From the IMG/VR virus record IMGVR_UViG_3300025030_000069: a DNA stretch of 27,499 nucleotides, one strand, 5' to 3'. Positions 26,094 through 27,499 of the stretch are shown one piece after another. The translations under genes and the position numbers were made by a program. Source of the stretch: an uncultured virus (IMG/VR IMGVR_UViG_3300025030_000069). Its lineage: Duplodnaviria; Heunggongvirae; Uroviricota; Caudoviricetes; Crassvirales. The notes under the pieces were generated by a model, which searched no databases, was not told the origin of the DNA, and saw only the letters and a program-made list of their open reading frames with translations. Each line of letters opens with the position of its first letter. The first letter of the stretch is position 1.

Positions 26094-26593
26094 AGAGAGC
26101 CACTAAAAAGAAACAAGTTGCAGAGTTAGGTAGAAGACATATTTACAGATTCTATAGAAAATATCTGACTAAAAGAAATTCGGAACATAATATATTAAAC
26201 GAAAGTACTTATACTAAAGTATTAAATGATTTTAATAAAGAAATAAGAAGAAAGATTATAGAAGAAGCTTTTGAATTTATAATGCCTCTTATAGGTCAAT
26301 TAGGAATTAGAAAAATTAAACCTAAAAGGGTATTTGATGATAAAGGAAATCTTTCCAGAAAACATATGCCTTCTATTAATTGGGAATTAAGTAAAAAATA
26401 TCATAAACGAATATATCATACAAATCAACATACAGAAGGATATAAATACAATATACAATATTCTAGTTACAGATGTATATTACCTAATAAACATTTTTTT
26501 AAATTTATTGCTTGCAGAACAATGAAAAGAATGTTAGCTAAAACTATTAAAGATCCCGCTTTTAACGGGGATTATTACGAAAACCATATTTAA
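26090..26593 (+). CDS. IHF/HU-like basic protein (crAss-like)
   Basis: 167 aa, very basic; Y..VL.DFN..I...II...FEFIMPLIGQLGIRKIK, INWELSK, IYHTNQHTEGY, FKFIACR..KR.LA. Confidence 0.7.
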   Translation: MKRATKKKQVAELGRRHIYRFYRKYLTKRNSEHNILNESTYTKVLNDFNKEIRRKIIEEAFEFIMPLIGQLGIRKIKPKRVFDDKGNLSRKHMPSINWELSKKYHKRIYHTNQHTEGYKYNIQYSSYRCILPNKHFFKFIACRTMKRMLAKTIKDPAFNGDYYENHI

Positions 26594-27499
26594 TGTACTC
26601 TAATTCCGAAATACAAACTATACATCAACAAGGTAAATCTATCTTAAATAAAAGATATGTTACCTTAAATGGTATTGTTTATATAGGAATTAAAGATGGT
26701 AGATTAAAACTTGACAAATATGGAAATACTATTGCCGATTTAACTACTACAGGAACAATAGCAGGTACTTATGGAGATGCTACTAATGTAGGTCAATTTA
26801 CAGTAGATGATAAAGGAAGAATAACAAATGCCAGTAATGTTCTTATTGATGTTGGAACAGAAGATTTGTTAGCTACTTTAACAATAGGAAATACAGGTGG
26901 TGGTTTAGATATTATTGATGTAGCAGGATTACAAGATAGTTTCTCTATAAGAAGTATTGACATTGAAAACAGGCAACTTATTAGTAGTACAGGACTTGTA
27001 TGGTCATTAGATTGGGAAAATAGATTAATCTGTGACAGCAATGGACAATATAGCGTTGATTGGGAGAACAGATATTTACAAGATAGCGCTCTTGTTGTTA
27101 AACTTGATTGGGAAAACTTCTCAATGCCTACCCTTGGAGGTTCAGGTGCAGGATTTGTAGCAGTTGATAATGCAGGCCTTTTATCTTTTGGAACTGCTGC
27201 CCCTTTAAATCACGATATTCTTTCATCTACTCACGGTGATACTCTTGCTGGAGCAGTAGTACGAGGTGATATTATCGTGGGAAATGCCACTCCTAAATGG
27301 GATAAACTTGCCGTTGGTGCAGCCGGAACAGTGTTAATAGGGGGCACAGACCCTTCATATTCTTCATCTCCGACAATATCTGTTTCAATAACAAGTCCTT
27401 TGATAATTGGAGGCACAGCCGTAGGTTCATCCCTTGAACTACGAAGTACAAGTGGTGTAGGCACTACGGACTTTATTAAGTTTTGTGTTGGAAATAATG
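26593..27499 (+). CDS. Tail fibre-like protein, 3'-partial (not in the ORF track)
   Basis: ATG 26593 overlaps the upstream TAA; frame stays open to the window end (MYSNSEIQTIHQQGKS...); fibre repeat AGTYG...FTVDDKGRITNA, DWENR repeats, GDIIVG...W.KLAVG..GTVL. Confidence 0.85.
   Translation, partial: MYSNSEIQTIHQQGKSILNKRYVTLNGIVYIGIKDGRLKLDKYGNTIADLTTTGTIAGTYGDATNVGQFTVDDKGRITNASNVLIDVGTEDLLATLTIGNTGGGLDIIDVAGLQDSFSIRSIDIENRQLISSTGLVWSLDWENRLICDSNGQYSVDWENRYLQDSALVVKLDWENFSMPTLGGSGAGFVAVDNAGLLSFGTAAPLNHDILSSTHGDTLAGAVVRGDIIVGNATPKWDKLAVGAAGTVLIGGTDPSYSSSPTISVSITSPLIIGGTAVGSSLELRSTSGVGTTDFIKFCVGNN
26953..27120 (+). repeat. Four 16-17-aa DWENR-type repeats
   Basis: SIDIENRQLISSTGLVW / SLDWENRLICDSNGQY / SVDWENRYLQDSALVV / KLDWENF; gattggga recurs three times. 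Confidence 0.75.

Noticed and set aside
5045..27464. Short minus-strand and alternate-frame ORFs in the track (e.g. 5045-5263, 6673-6918, 8544-8933, 9549-9923, 15774-16190, 26793-27041, 27231-27464)
   Set aside because: They lie within long + strand genes, have shadow-frame composition and no recognisable motifs.
1..27499. Stop-codon reassignment (TAG or TGA), known in some crAss-like phages
   Set aside because: All genes are full length in the standard code. TGA ends two genes with ATGA overlaps, and the single TAG (lysozyme) is followed by an in-frame TGA.
1..27499. tRNA, rRNA or large structured ncRNA genes
   Set aside because: Intergenic gaps are at most ~120 bp and are explained by promoters and terminators; no cloverleaf seen by eye (a tRNAscan/Infernal run would confirm).

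Overview
AT-rich dsDNA phage DNA: the packaging, virion-structure and lysis (late) region of a crAss-like phage (Crassvirales or a close environmental relative), probably infecting a Bacteroidota host (TAnnTTTG -7 boxes, A-rich leaders without Shine-Dalgarno). All credible genes are on the + strand in the standard code. Order: 5'-truncated terminase large subunit with two LAGLIDADG inteins, portal, acidic scaffold-like protein, major capsid protein, conserved post-capsid protein, tail ring protein, a block of fibre/decoration genes containing a GIY-YIG homing endonuclease, probable auxiliary capsid protein, Cys-rich tail-hub-like genes with more fibre and collagen genes, a lysis cassette (GH24 lysozyme, membrane proteins, spanin candidate), a DEDDy exonuclease, an Endo VII-type nuclease, a second ring protein, an IHF/HU-like protein and a 3'-truncated fibre gene missing from the ORF track. 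Most notable: (i) an exact 22-bp box 45-46 bp upstream of a TAATTTTG -7 box in front of both portal and scaffold/capsid genes (candidate phage-activated late promoter); (ii) a GIY-YIG gene that shares its leader and first five residues (MAVSQ, different codons) with the gene right after it; (iii) fibre genes sharing N-terminal and C-terminal modules; (iv) a consensus host promoter embedded in the terminator hairpin after the capsid gene. Family assignments come from motif recognition and gene order only; no database search was run.
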